This document shows, piece after piece, positions 43,127 to 54,200 of a stretch of DNA of 64,000 nucleotides; positions within the stretch are counted from its first letter, which is position 1, and each line of letters begins with the position of its first letter. This DNA is from Armatimonadota bacterium (lineage in GTDB: Bacteria > Armatimonadota > UBA5829 > DTJY01), in NCBI GenBank assembly GCA_035528905.1, contig DATKXU010000037.1:7860-71859 (forward strand). The letters run 5' to 3'. The notes below the pieces were generated by a model. The model ran no database searches, had not been told where the DNA came from, and was given only the letters and a program-made list of their open reading frames with translations. A program made the position numbers and the translations under genes.

Positions 43127-43588
43127 ATGGCGATCATCCTAAGAAGCGAGGCTTTCGAAGACGGCGGCAGCATACCAAGCAGGTATACATGCGATGGCGC
43201 GGGCATCTCGCCCCCTCTATCCTGGTCAGGGGTTCCGCATGAGGCGAGGAATCTCGCGCTCATCTGCGAGGACCCAGACGCGCCTAAGGGTGTTTTCACG
43301 CATTGGGTGGTCTTCAATATTCCACCCGACACCACGCAGCTTCCAGAAGACATACCACCGGCGAAAACGCTGAAAAGCGGCGCGAGACAGGGAACGAACA
43401 GCGTCCAGAGAATCGGGTACGTTCGGCTTTGTCCACCGAGCGGTGCGCATAGATACTACTTCAGACTCTATGCCCTTGATACGGAGCTTAACCTCCAGCC
43501 TGGGATCACCAAGGAAGAGCTGCTGGAGGCCATGCAAGGGCATGTGGTGGCGGAAGCTCAAGTGATGGGCACATACGCTAGAGAATAG
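43127..43588 (+). CDS. YbhB/YbcL-family PEBP (Raf-kinase-inhibitor-like) protein
   Basis: ICEDPDAPKGVFTHWVVFNIP and GAHRYYFRLYALD are PEBP motifs. Start is the ATG at 43127, with GGAGG 7 nt upstream. Confidence 0.8.
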   Translation: MAIILRSEAFEDGGSIPSRYTCDGAGISPPLSWSGVPHEARNLALICEDPDAPKGVFTHWVVFNIPPDTTQLPEDIPPAKTLKSGARQGTNSVQRIGYVRLCPPSGAHRYYFRLYALDTELNLQPGITKEELLEAMQGHVVAEAQVMGTYARE

Positions 43589-43700
43589 CGGCTCGAACGC
43601 CGGGGGCTGGCATTGGCTGTACATCCGCGATGGCATTGCCCGACGGTGAGTGTGATGCGCGCAGAGCGAGCTCGAAGCGCGATTGGTGGCGCGCCAATGT

Positions 43701-43880
43701 CTAGTCGCGCAGTTTCGACAGGAAGCCCACCAGTGAGATGAATATGACAACGAGCGCAGCCGCGACTATTGCCTGGACGTAAGCAGGCCGCTGACTGCCT
43801 GTCAGTCTCTCGACCACGAGCGCGGCCCCGGCTATCGCGATCGCGCTCAACAGCACGTAGAACCATCGTATAGCTGTCAT
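43701..43880 (-). CDS. Small two-helix membrane protein (hypothetical)
   Basis: The product is MTAIRWFYVLLSAIAIAGAALVV...AIVAAALVVIFISLVGFL. Confidence 0.3.
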   Translation of the reverse strand: MTAIRWFYVLLSAIAIAGAALVVERLTGSQRPAYVQAIVAAALVVIFISLVGFLSKLRD

Positions 43881-44074
43881 GCTACACCAACCGCGCGGCT
43901 GGAGCATCAACCGTGTCCCAGCCTGGAATCGCTATTCATACTGCTGAGAATCACCAGGGCTACCTTACCACAATTGAAGCTACCTTGGCAATAGCCTATG
44001 TCCGTGCCTCAACGGAGGAATTCCACATCCTATGCTTCGCGCCGACCAGCCATTGCCATGCCCTCCGCGACCTC

Positions 44075-44305
44075 CTATACCTCATGAGGCTCGGTCCCTA
44101 CAGAGCCATCCGGCCTCTTCGTTAGCACATCGAGACGCCCCCGTGCCTCAGCAAGCTGGCTTGAACATTGGCGGGCAAGCCTGATCCCTTCCTCGAATAG
44201 AAGCAGCGTTTCGTTCAAAGTACGCCCGCCGCCATCAAGCTCCCGCACAATCTCCTCCAGCCTCGCGATCGCCTGCTCGAAGGTGAGTTCGGCTTCCTTC
44301 TCCAT
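44075..44305 (-). CDS. xseB: Exodeoxyribonuclease VII small subunit
   Basis: The product begins LTFEQAIARLEEIVRELDGGGRTLNETLLLFEEGIRLARQC. It lies immediately downstream of xseA with a 1-nt gap. Confidence 0.85.
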   Translation of the reverse strand: MEKEAELTFEQAIARLEEIVRELDGGGRTLNETLLLFEEGIRLARQCSSQLAEARGRLDVLTKRPDGSVGTEPHEV

Positions 44306-44306
44306 A

Positions 44307-45656
44307 CTAATCCCATCCTTCCCTCACTTCCTTGACCTCGGATATCAGCTTGCCGCCCGATATCAGGGTCTCCGTCATATCTGCAGACGCAACGTCAGAT
44401 ACATGCCTGATTGTGGATCCGTCTTTCAGGTGCCGCACAATGCCATATCCGCGGGCCAGAACCCCCAGCGGGCTGAGACTCTCCAGCCTGCCGGTGATTT
44501 CCGCCAGGCCTCTCTCACAGGAGGAGAGAATCGTCCTAGAGTTGTTCTCCAGCCGCTCCTCGGCGAGATCGAGCGACTGCCACCGCGCCTGGAGCATCCT
44601 CTCAGGATATCTCAGACTCGGCGAGCCAGCCAGCATGTCCAGGTCAGCGTGCTTCCGTGCAAGTAATGCATCAGCAGCCCCAACAATCGCGTCGGTCAGC
44701 GCTCGGATGCGAGCAGCAAGCTCCTGCCGATCCGGCACGATCAGCTCAATAGCGGCCGATGGCGTCGGCGCTCGCAAATCCGCCGCGAAGTCCGACAAAG
44801 TATAGTCCGTTTCGTGGCCGATGGCGGAGACCAGAGGAGTATCGCACGCAGCAATCGCACGCACGACCGGCTCACTGTTGAAGGCGCACAAATCCTCAAT
44901 TGATCCCCCACCCCGTCCCAGCACGATAGCATCAATCCCGGGGAGCGAATCTGCCACCCGAAGCGACTCGACCACGCTGGCCTCGGAGCCCGTGCCCTGC
45001 ATGAGAGCAGGCACGATCAAGATGTTGATGGACGGCATGCGCCGCCTAGCGATGGTGACCATATCCCGGAGGGCAGCCGCCGTCGGAGACGTAACAATTG
45101 CGATTCTCCTCGGGAAGCGCGGAATGGCTTGTTTGCGCGATTTGTCGAAAAGGCCCTCGGATTGGAGCCTGCGCTTGAGCTCCTCGTAGGCAATGTAGAG
45201 CGTCCCGACCCCATCCGGCATGATCCTGCTGAGCACAAGCTGGTACTGTCCCTGCTTCTCATAGACAGCCACGCGGCCTTGAACCACCACGGCCACGCCG
45301 TCCCTCAGATCAAACCGTATCGAGTGCGTGTTGCTCTGCCAGACCACGCACCTTATCAGTGCAGATTCATCCTTCAGGCAGAAGTACACGTGCCCGGATG
45401 CGTGCCTTGTAAGGTTGCTGATCTCCCCGCGGACCCAAACGTCGCGGAATAGATCCTCGGCCTCGATCGCGGCTCGGATGCAGCGGGTCAAATCGGAAAC
45501 CGAGAGCACCTGTGCGTGGGATGCCGGCTCCGGGCTTTCTGGACCGTAGTTGTGGGCCGTGTCTTGCATCTCCGTCTCGCTTCGCAGCATAGAGGAAGGC
45601 GACTGTAGAGCCTCCGCCGTTGCCGAAAGTATACGCTGTCCCCGGCCCATCGTCAA
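44307..45656 (-). CDS. xseA: Exodeoxyribonuclease VII large subunit
   Basis: The N-terminal OB-fold (LSVSDLTRCIRAAIE...VWVRGEISN) is followed by the catalytic domain (GRGGGSIEDLCAFN). The N-terminus may be shorter than the ORF-track version. Confidence 0.85.
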   Translation of the reverse strand: MTMGRGQRILSATAEALQSPSSMLRSETEMQDTAHNYGPESPEPASHAQVLSVSDLTRCIRAAIEAEDLFRDVWVRGEISNLTRHASGHVYFCLKDESALIRCVVWQSNTHSIRFDLRDGVAVVVQGRVAVYEKQGQYQLVLSRIMPDGVGTLYIAYEELKRRLQSEGLFDKSRKQAIPRFPRRIAIVTSPTAAALRDMVTIARRRMPSINILIVPALMQGTGSEASVVESLRVADSLPGIDAIVLGRGGGSIEDLCAFNSEPVVRAIAACDTPLVSAIGHETDYTLSDFAADLRAPTPSAAIELIVPDRQELAARIRALTDAIVGAADALLARKHADLDMLAGSPSLRYPERMLQARWQSLDLAEERLENNSRTILSSCERGLAEITGRLESLSPLGVLARGYGIVRHLKDGSTIRHVSDVASADMTETLISGGKLISEVKEVREGWD

Positions 45657-45725
45657 GCTGCACAGGTTCCAATTGCCGCACGAACGGGTAAAAGTAGCTA
45701 AACAGAGAGAAGGAGGCTGCGGTCA

Positions 45726-46094
45726 ATGACAGACGCGATGGAACAGAGACGGTACATGATGCGATACGTTCTGCCGATTCTGGGGGCTGTCTGGGCAGCC
45801 ATCATCATGCGGCGGCGTGCAAGACGCTGGGCTGGCGCCGAGCAATCAAAGGAAGCAATGCTTCTCAGGCAGTCCAACCTCGATCTCCACGACGCAGTAA
45901 GCAGAGCACTGAAATACGTCCCCGGGACGCCGGTGGAAGTCGAGCTTGGCGAAGAGCACGGCATGCCTGTCTGGGAAGTCGAAATCGTCCCCAGAAAAGG
46001 CGGACCCAATAGAGAAGTGCTGGTGGATGCCAAGACCGGGGATGTACTGGAGATGAAAGCCGAGATCGGCGAGGCTCCCGCTTCTGGAGAGTGA
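45726..46094 (+). CDS. PepSY-domain protein
   Basis: The C-terminus PVEVELGEEHGMPVWEVEIVPRKGGPNREVLVDAKTGDVLE is a PepSY fold. An N-terminal hydrophobic helix is present. Confidence 0.55.
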   Translation: MTDAMEQRRYMMRYVLPILGAVWAAIIMRRRARRWAGAEQSKEAMLLRQSNLDLHDAVSRALKYVPGTPVEVELGEEHGMPVWEVEIVPRKGGPNREVLVDAKTGDVLEMKAEIGEAPASGE

Positions 46095-47032
46095 CTGCAT
46101 TGATAGTGACTGTGACGCTGAATCCGGCTGTAGACGAGACTCTCACCGTCCAGCGTCTTCAACTCGGGGAGACAAACCGGATTCACGAGACAGACATAGA
46201 CCCCGGCGGCAAGGGACTGAATGTAGGCCGGGCCGTGAAGCGCCTGGGACGGCCGGCGGTTGTGATAGCATTCGTCGGCGGCGAGACAGGCCAATTCATC
46301 AGGAACCGCCTCGAACGAGAGAACGTCGAAACAGACCTGGTAGAGATCGAGGAGCCCACTCGCGTGAACATCAGTGTCCTCGATGAATCCACCGGCATCC
46401 AGACAAACCTGCATCACGACGGCCCGACTGTCGGCCCGGCCGACCTGCACGCTGTAGAGGCCAAAATCGAGGAGTGGCTGCCGGAGGCGGTTGTGGCGGT
46501 TCTGGGAGGCAGCCTGCCGCCGGGGGCGCCGGCCGATACCTACGCCCGTCTCATTGAATCGCTGCGGGCAAATGACGTGAGGACGATCCTGGACACCAGC
46601 GGGGCGGCATTGGCCGAGGGCATCAAGGCCCGCCCCCATATGATCAAGCCGAACCTTCGTGAGGCCCGCGAGCTTCTTGGGCGCACAATCGAGACGGACG
46701 AGGATGTACTGCAGGCGGCGCGCGAGCTGGTGGACCGAGGCGTCGGCGCCGTCGTCTTGTCTATGGGGAGGAGAGGCGCAATCGCGGCAAGTCCCGAAGG
46801 CGCATGGAAAGCCGTCCCTCCCGAGGTTACCACGGACAGCACAATCGGCGCGGGCGACTCTATGGTTGCCGGCCTTGCCATAGGCGTATACGAGCATTCG
46901 AGTCTGGCTGAGGGCTTGGCGCTTGGAACGGCCGCCGCTGCTGCGACCGTCACGACGCCGGGCACTGAACTCTGCCGTGCCGAGGATGTCCAGGCCCTTC
47001 TGCCAAGAGTAAAGGTGGAACGACTTCAATGA
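46091..47032 (+). CDS. 1-phosphofructokinase / PfkB-family hexose-phosphate kinase
   Basis: VTLNPAVDETL and DTSGAAL are present, together with the C-terminal GAGDSMVAG motif. The GTG start overlaps the upstream stop. Confidence 0.8.
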   Translation: MTALIVTVTLNPAVDETLTVQRLQLGETNRIHETDIDPGGKGLNVGRAVKRLGRPAVVIAFVGGETGQFIRNRLERENVETDLVEIEEPTRVNISVLDESTGIQTNLHHDGPTVGPADLHAVEAKIEEWLPEAVVAVLGGSLPPGAPADTYARLIESLRANDVRTILDTSGAALAEGIKARPHMIKPNLREARELLGRTIETDEDVLQAARELVDRGVGAVVLSMGRRGAIAASPEGAWKAVPPEVTTDSTIGAGDSMVAGLAIGVYEHSSLAEGLALGTAAAAATVTTPGTELCRAEDVQALLPRVKVERLQ

Positions 47033-47493
47033 TGCATAACCGGTTGATCCGGAAGATCCTGCTCGCAACCGACGGATCCGAACTCGCCATGCGTGCCGGC
47101 CGCTATGCCGCAGAGATAGCGGGATGCACTGGAGCGGACGTGACCATCTTGAATACAGCCGAGGTATCGGGCGTCACGGAATTCGTCACCTATTCAATCG
47201 AAGCCGGCAGGAAGCCTTCCCAGCAGCGGGAAACCGGTGAGGACATCGTCGAGAAGGCCAGAAAGCCGTTTCTCGACACAGGCGTGCCAACGCACACCAA
47301 GATTATAGAAGGCTATGCGGCGGAGGTTATCCTGGGAGAGGCGGAGGACGGCAAGTATGACCTGATCGTAATGGGAAGCCGTGGTGCCGGTATGGGACTC
47401 ATCAGGCGGGTAGTCTTCGGCCTCGGCAGCGTCGCCGAGCGGGTCATCGCCAACGCGCCCTGCCCAGTTCTCGTAGTGCGGGGTGAAGACTAA
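47029..47493 (+). CDS. Universal stress protein (UspA family)
   Basis: The product carries ILLATDGSELA...VMGSRGAGMGLIRRVVFGLGSVAERVIANAPCPVLVV. Confidence 0.8.
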   Translation: MMHNRLIRKILLATDGSELAMRAGRYAAEIAGCTGADVTILNTAEVSGVTEFVTYSIEAGRKPSQQRETGEDIVEKARKPFLDTGVPTHTKIIEGYAAEVILGEAEDGKYDLIVMGSRGAGMGLIRRVVFGLGSVAERVIANAPCPVLVVRGED

Positions 47494-47494
47494 T

Positions 47495-48544
47495 ATGACA
47501 TCAACACTGCAGCAGGAAACCATCAAGCGTGAAGCGGAGGCCCAGGCCGTCTTTTTCGAAACCGAGGATTGGGAGAGGCGGTTTATCAAGCTCAGTCCTC
47601 TCCAAGACCTGGGGCCGCGTGTCTACGGCGAGCGGCTGGCGGAGGATACGGCGAAGCTTGCTGAGGATGCCGAGCTTGTTTCAGTGTTCATCTACTCCGA
47701 GATCAGCAAGGCGGTACTGGACAAGCTGCCGAAACTGCGGTTCATCGCAACGCGCTCTACGGGCTATGACCATATTGACCTCAAGGAGTGCCGGCGGCGC
47801 GGCATCGCCATCAGCAACGTGCCGTATTACGGCGAAAACACGGTTGCCGAGCACGCCTTTGGGCTGATCCTATCGCTTTCCCGCAAGATCTACAAGGCAT
47901 ACCTGAGGACCACCAGGCTCGATTTTTCGCTCGAGGGACTTATGGGTTTCGACTTGAAAGAGAAGACGATGGGAGTGGTGGGCGCCGGCCGGATAGGGCT
48001 GCACGTCGTCCGGATAGCAAAGGGCTTCGGCATGAACGTGCTTGTGTACGATGTCCGGCAGGAGCTGCTGCTCGCCGAGGTACTCGGATTCGCGTACGCG
48101 CCGTTCGAAGAGCTGCTCAAGAGCTCGGATGTGATCAGCCTCCACGTGCCCCTGAACAAAGCGACCCATCACATGGTAAACCGGGACAACATCGGCCTGA
48201 TAAAACGCGGCGCGCTGCTCATCAACACGTCCAGAGGGGCTGTGGTGGAGACCGAGGCTCTTATCTCCGCGCTGAACGAGGGAATCATCGCGGGAGTAGG
48301 TCTGGATGTCTTCGAGGGCGAGGAATCCATCAAGGAGGAGACCGAGCTGCTGGTTCAGGGCCTGCCCGGCGATAAGATGAGGGAAATTCTTCTCAGCTAC
48401 GCCCTTCTGCATCGGGAAAACGTCGTAATCACCCCTCACATCGCCTTCTACAGCCAGGAAGCCCTCCAGCGCATTATGCAGACTACGCAGGAGAACATCC
48501 TGGGTTTTCTCGGAAGCCGGCCGGTGAACGTGGTGGTGGGGTGA
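47495..48544 (+). CDS. D-isomer-specific 2-hydroxyacid dehydrogenase (D-lactate dehydrogenase-like)
   Basis: The NAD-binding motif GVVGAGRIGLHVVRIAKGFGMNVLVYD is present. Start is the ATG at 47495 immediately after the usp stop; the ORF-track start is GTG at 47483. Confidence 0.8.
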   Translation: MTSTLQQETIKREAEAQAVFFETEDWERRFIKLSPLQDLGPRVYGERLAEDTAKLAEDAELVSVFIYSEISKAVLDKLPKLRFIATRSTGYDHIDLKECRRRGIAISNVPYYGENTVAEHAFGLILSLSRKIYKAYLRTTRLDFSLEGLMGFDLKEKTMGVVGAGRIGLHVVRIAKGFGMNVLVYDVRQELLLAEVLGFAYAPFEELLKSSDVISLHVPLNKATHHMVNRDNIGLIKRGALLINTSRGAVVETEALISALNEGIIAGVGLDVFEGEESIKEETELLVQGLPGDKMREILLSYALLHRENVVITPHIAFYSQEALQRIMQTTQENILGFLGSRPVNVVVG

Positions 48545-48587
48545 AACCAGGGCGGCCCCTACAAGCGCCTTGGGCGTCTCCAGGGCA

Positions 48588-51056
48588 TTATCGGCCGCGT
48601 GTTCCGACGCCCCGGGCGGCGAGGCGGCGTTCTTCTTCCTCTTCTTTCTTCTCCTCGGCGGGGGCTATGCCGTACTCTTTCAGCTTCTCCGCGAACTCCT
48701 GAAGCTTGCGGTTGACGCGGCCGTGGACGCTGTCCGGCGGGTAAGTGCCCTGCGCGTCCTTCTCCCCCGCCGCAATGCCCGTGAGGATTTCGATCCCCTC
48801 GTCTATCGTTTTGACCGGCCACACATGGAATGTGCCTTGGCGCACCGCGTCTACGACCTCTTCCTTGAGCATCAGGTGCCGCACATTCTGGTGTGGGATC
48901 ATCACGCCCTGACTCCCGGTGAGCCCCTTCGCCTTGCAGACCTCGTAGAAGCCTTCTACCTTCTGGATGACTCCGCCGATCGGCTGGATTTCGCCATTCT
49001 GATTGACGGAGCCTGTAACCGCGATGTCCTGCCTTATCGAGAGATCCGCCAGGCTGGAGAGCAGTGCGTAAAGCTCCGTGCTGGAGGCGCTGTCGCCCTC
49101 GACCTCTTCATAAAGCTGCTCGAACGTCAGGCTCGCGCCGAGCGGAAGCGGCCTGTCCTCGGCGTACTTGCCCGCCATGTACCCGGAGAGGATCAGTACT
49201 CCCTTATGGTGGATCGGGCCGCTCATCTTCGTCTCGCGCTCGATATTCGTGACGCCGGTCTTGCCGATGTAGGTGCGGGCGGTTATGCGGGACGGGCGGC
49301 CGAATGTGTAGTCGCCGATGCTGTACACGGAGAGCCCGTTCACCTGGCCGACCTTCGCACCCTCCGTGTCTATCATGATCACGCCTTCCTCGATCAGCTC
49401 CTGAATCTTCTGCTCGATCAGGTTCGAGCGGTACACCTTCTCATCTATCGCCTTTTGTACGTCCCCGGCCATTACGTACTTGTTTCCGTTCTGCGCCGCC
49501 CAGTAGCTCGATTCGCTGACCATATCGGCGATCTCGATAAACCGGGTCGAGAGCTTCTCTTTGTCCTGGATCAGGCGGGAGCCGTATTCGACGATCTTCG
49601 CGACGCCGGTCTTGTGGAACGGCCTCAGATTGGCCTCCCGGATTCGCGCATTGATGAACTGAGCGTATTTCTCGATGTGCTCATCCGAGCGGCTCATTTC
49701 TGTGTCGAAATCCGCCTTGACCTTGAAGAGCTTCCGGAAATCCTCCTCGAAGGCGTATAGCAGATGGTAGATGTATGGACTGCCAATCAGGATGACCTTC
49801 ACCTTCACGGGGATCGGCTCCGGCTTCAACGTAGACGTGGGGATAAGGCCATAGTACTCCGCGATGTTCTCTATTCGGGCCTCGCTGCTTCGGAGCGTTC
49901 GTTTCAAGGCATCCCATGACATGGAATTGGTAAGGACATCCATGGCCTGCAGTATGAGATAGCCGCCATTCGCCTTATGCAGCGCGCCCGCCTTGATTTG
50001 CGTAAAGTCGGTCACCAGCGCGCCAAGCCGCGCCCTGAAATCCACCCGACCGATCAGGTTATAGTAGGTTGGGTTGTTCTCGCATACGACTGGGGCACCC
50101 TGCTGGTCCTGATTGTCCACGATTAGATTGACCTTGTACCTATCGAACGACGGCTCTGGCACCAGGCCCTCAAGCCCTGGGATCGCCAACTTGGGCCTTT
50201 CCTTCGCCTTGAAATCCTCCAGGCTGTCCATCATGTTGGCCTGGACCTGCTGGAGATAATCAATGACCTCGTCGTATTCCCGGTACTTGGTTCTCAGCTC
50301 GTCGAGCGGATGGCCGACTGCGAACATACCAACCTCCCGATCCAACTGCTCGATTGCATCGCTGCTCCCCTTTTCCAACTTCCGAGCCTTTGCCAAGCCC
50401 TGCTGGATCAGGTCTTGAAGCTCCTGGCTGCGTCTCTCAATCTCTGCTCGCTGAGACCCGGGCAAACGCTCGAAGTCTTCCCTGGAAATCGGCTTCCCAT
50501 GCACCAGAGGGATTGTCACGATCCCAATCTGCGTCATTTCGATGGCGAGGTCCAATTTCCCAGCCTCCCGCTCAAGCCCGCTCAGCATCCGGCTGCGCTC
50601 CTGCTGCACCTCGTTCAGTATGTCATTCTTCCGCTTCTCGTAATTCTCGCTCTCGAAGGCACGGGGAATCTCCGTCTTGGCGGCCTCTACCAGCTCATCC
50701 ATGTCCTTTACGAGCTGGCATCCCATCCCGGCGGGAAGTATTATCGCATCGGGGCTATCGGATTCCTTGAAGTTGTGCACGTAGCACAGATCGTCGGGCA
50801 CCGGCTCCTTCTTGGCCTGCTCTGTGACGAAAGCCTGAACAGTCTTACTCCTCCCGGTACCCGTAAGCCCGGCAACGAAGAGGTTGAACCCGTGTGTCTT
50901 TATATCGAAACCGAACTGGATGGCGCTGACTCCTCTGTCCTGACCAACAGTCCCCAGCAGCTCTTCGACCTCGTCCGTCGTCTCAAACTTGAACCGGTTT
51001 GGGTCGCAGAAGTTCCTCAATTGCTCTGCCGGAACTTCCGGATATTGCCGTGCCAT
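48588..51056 (-). CDS. Lon-related ATP-dependent protease (AAA+ N-terminal domain plus S16 Lon proteolytic domain)
   Basis: The C-terminal Lon_C features are present (HHKG...GDSASS...VTGSVNQNGEIQPIGGV). The N-terminal P-loop is GLTGTGRSKT. Start is the ATG at 51054-51056, with a GGGGG tract 8 nt upstream. Confidence 0.65.
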   Translation of the reverse strand: MARQYPEVPAEQLRNFCDPNRFKFETTDEVEELLGTVGQDRGVSAIQFGFDIKTHGFNLFVAGLTGTGRSKTVQAFVTEQAKKEPVPDDLCYVHNFKESDSPDAIILPAGMGCQLVKDMDELVEAAKTEIPRAFESENYEKRKNDILNEVQQERSRMLSGLEREAGKLDLAIEMTQIGIVTIPLVHGKPISREDFERLPGSQRAEIERRSQELQDLIQQGLAKARKLEKGSSDAIEQLDREVGMFAVGHPLDELRTKYREYDEVIDYLQQVQANMMDSLEDFKAKERPKLAIPGLEGLVPEPSFDRYKVNLIVDNQDQQGAPVVCENNPTYYNLIGRVDFRARLGALVTDFTQIKAGALHKANGGYLILQAMDVLTNSMSWDALKRTLRSSEARIENIAEYYGLIPTSTLKPEPIPVKVKVILIGSPYIYHLLYAFEEDFRKLFKVKADFDTEMSRSDEHIEKYAQFINARIREANLRPFHKTGVAKIVEYGSRLIQDKEKLSTRFIEIADMVSESSYWAAQNGNKYVMAGDVQKAIDEKVYRSNLIEQKIQELIEEGVIMIDTEGAKVGQVNGLSVYSIGDYTFGRPSRITARTYIGKTGVTNIERETKMSGPIHHKGVLILSGYMAGKYAEDRPLPLGASLTFEQLYEEVEGDSASSTELYALLSSLADLSIRQDIAVTGSVNQNGEIQPIGGVIQKVEGFYEVCKAKGLTGSQGVMIPHQNVRHLMLKEEVVDAVRQGTFHVWPVKTIDEGIEILTGIAAGEKDAQGTYPPDSVHGRVNRKLQEFAEKLKEYGIAPAEEKKEEEEERRLAARGVGTRGR

Positions 51057-51241
51057 GTGCTTTCCCCCAAGCTCGCCGGATTCCGGGCATGCAGCCGTTC
51101 TCAGAATACCCCGCAGTTTCACCCCGCGAAACCGCACTGATGGCTGCGCAACCGGGCGATTGAACCGTTTTATGAGATGCCAAACGGGGTAATTCAGCGC
51201 AAGGGGTTGCTTGACTTCGGCCGCCGCTTCGGAGCTTCGGA

Positions 51242-54200
51242 ATGCGTTCCAAGATGCCACTTCTCATAGTAGTTGTCGCACTGTTGATTCTGGGTCTGAT
51301 TGTATCCTTCGGTGTCGCATACCGCCTTCGGCAACTGGCATCCAGTCTCCCCAACGTCCTCGAGAACGAGCTGGAGGCGCGCTTAGACAGACAAGCAAGA
51401 GTCGGCTCGGTGAAGTTGGCATCGCCAAGCACCGCCGTCATCACCGATCTTCGCATCGCCAGCGGAGAAACATTTGCTCAGGGCACTTTGTTCTCCGCAC
51501 GCCGTGCAACCGTGCGCTTCAGAGTCATTGACCTCCTAACAGGCCGCCTACCCGTCGCGCGAAGCATAACCTCGGTAACGCTGGCTGGTCCGAGTGTCCG
51601 GCTCGTGAGGGACCGCAACGGGGTTTGGGACATCGAGGATCTGCTGCGGCGACCCCCGATCCCACCCGCACAGCGCTTTCGAGCCCTGATTCGCGTCCGT
51701 TCGGGTAGGCTGACCATTGTGGATTATGCCGCGCGAGTTCGGCAGCTTCCGGCCGTGAACAGCTTGAACTCGGTGTCTGGGTACGTTAACCTGGCGCCGG
51801 CCCAGTCGGCTCTCATAGACCTTTCAGGTAGAGGCGACCGCCAACGAGTGACAGGCGTTCAGGCGTCAGGCCGATGGGGAATCGGCGCTCCGGTGACCCA
51901 TCTCAACCTTTCCATCCAGGAGGCCGACGCTGAGTACTGGCTTGATTACTTTGCGAACATCCGCGGCTGGAATATCGCGGGAGGCAAGGCCGACGCGCGA
52001 GCCATTCTCTCGCAGCCGCACGGCGCAGGCATAGTCGCCAAAGGATCCGCGACACTTCGGGACTCGGCGATCACTAGCCCTTATCTCTCCATCCCAGTGC
52101 GGCCGTTTGGGGCGAAGATCGCATTCGTCGGAACGGACCTCAGCCTCGCGGCACGGGGCCTTCTGCGCGAGTCGCCAATCTCAATCCGAGGCCAAATCAT
52201 TGGCTTTCATCCCGGAAGGCTGAATCTGCATATTGCGTCGGAGCGGATGAATCTGGCTGTACTGCAGAACGCGATCAGGCCACTCCCCGCGCTACCGCAG
52301 GTTCGATGGCCTATGCCCGGCGTCGTGAGCGCAAGGGTCACTGGAAACGCCCAAAGGCCCATGGTGACAGGTGTTATTCGGGTTCCGCACGCCGCAGCGT
52401 ACGGCACACCGCTGACATCGCTGACCGCGCAAGGCCACTTCCGAGACGGTACAATCTTTGTCACCAGCGTGACCGGGCGCGCCGCCGGCGGAAGCATCAG
52501 ATTATCGGCGGCGATCGGCCTCCAGCCGGTGCGCATAAAAGCACAGGGGACCGCCGCACGCATCAACCTAGCTGCCCTGCCGATACCGGGAAACATCCGG
52601 GCCGCAGGTCTGGCGGACGCACGGTTTGCCCTGGATTACTTCCACAGATTGCGGTGGGCCCGCGTGTCCGCGGAGATAGCACAGCCGAGAGTAGCAGATC
52701 TCGCCTTTGACCGAGGAAGCGCCAATGTCGTATTGACCGGCCCACGCACAGCGCGGGCGAGGTTGAGATTGAGCCGCGGCGCCATCAGAGGCGCGGAAAT
52801 CGAAGCGGCGGCGGCAGACTTGGCTCTGCGCGAGCGTACAGTTTTCTTACAGAGGGTGGCCGTTGACGCTTTCCAGGGAGCGTTGAGCGCTCAGGGTACT
52901 GCAATGCTCGATGGAATCTTGAACCTGCGCGTATCAGGCACGGGAATTGATCTTCGCACACTGCCGGGCTACGAGCAGCTCACAGGAACAGCCAGCTTCA
53001 CGGGAAGCGTGAACGGCACGTTGAGCAGTCCTCGTCTGACGGCCCGGGTGACCGCGCGCGACGGGCAGATACGGCAGGTCCGATACGACGCGATGACGGC
53101 TCGTCTCGTCGCGACACCGCAGCTCCTTGCGCTCGAAGATGCGGCCATACGACTTGAGCAGGGCGAGGTCACAACCACGGGTCGGATCACTTTTGCCAAG
53201 AGGGCTGCGGCGCGTGTTGAATTACTGATGCGCGCACGCGAGGTAAATCTTGCGCGAGTGCTCCCACTCGTCGGAGTGTCAGCCGGCGCCCAGGGAATCG
53301 CTAACGCCGATCTGGATATACGAGGTCAGCTTCCCAATATCCGGGCCTCCGGCGAGGCATCGGTGACGGACGGCGCTATCGCCGATGTTCCCTTTGATCT
53401 AGTCCGGGCCCGTCTCCAATTCCGAAACGGGCGCACCGCGATAACGGAGTTAGTCGCGCAGAGAGGGGAGATGCAGCTCACGGGAGGCGGATCTATTGGC
53501 CCGCAGGGAGATCTTCAAATGAGCCTGACAGGTGAAAACCTGCGCCTGAGCCTCCTCAACCAGATTGTCTCTCGATACATCGAACTCGAAGGGCCGATGA
53601 CTTTCACAGGCGAGGTGGCAGGAACTCTCAGGTCCCCGGCGATACGCGGCATCATCGCCTCGACACAGCCGGTGATAAACGGCCGGCAATTCAAATCGCT
53701 AGCCGCCGATCTGCGGCTGGTTGAGGGCACAGCCATCCTGGATCAGCTGGTCATTTCGCCGCCGCAGGGGCAAGTTCTCGTCCAGGGCACGATCAATCCC
53801 GAAGGACTGGTCTCGCTGACAGGACAGATCGCGGACTTCCCTCTTGCGACTCTCCGGCCCTGGGTTGGCATGGAATCGCTGACAGGAACGCTGGATGCTT
53901 CATTTGCGGTGGGCGGTCCCGCCGACAGCCCGACCGTTCGAGCTTCCGCTTCGGCGAGAGACTTCACAACGCCGCGAATATCAATCGAGCGCATCGCCGC
54001 AGAGCAGGTCACAATCGCGGGCGGACGTCTGTCCTCCACCGGCGTTGTCGCCCAGGCAAACGGCAGCCAGCTCCTCCTCTCCGGCTCGCTGCCGTTCGTC
54101 TGGGCCGCACCGTATGTCCCGCGCGACCAGCCCGTACTCCTGCACGCCGAGCTTCCAGACCAAGACCTTGCAATACTACAAACGTTGAGCCCCGCGGTTG

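Noticed and set aside
45698-47068. 456-aa ORF antisense to the PepSY-pfkB operon
   Set aside because: It is low-complexity Arg/Ala/Gly-rich and lies fully inside well-supported plus-strand genes. This is a GC-rich antisense artefact.
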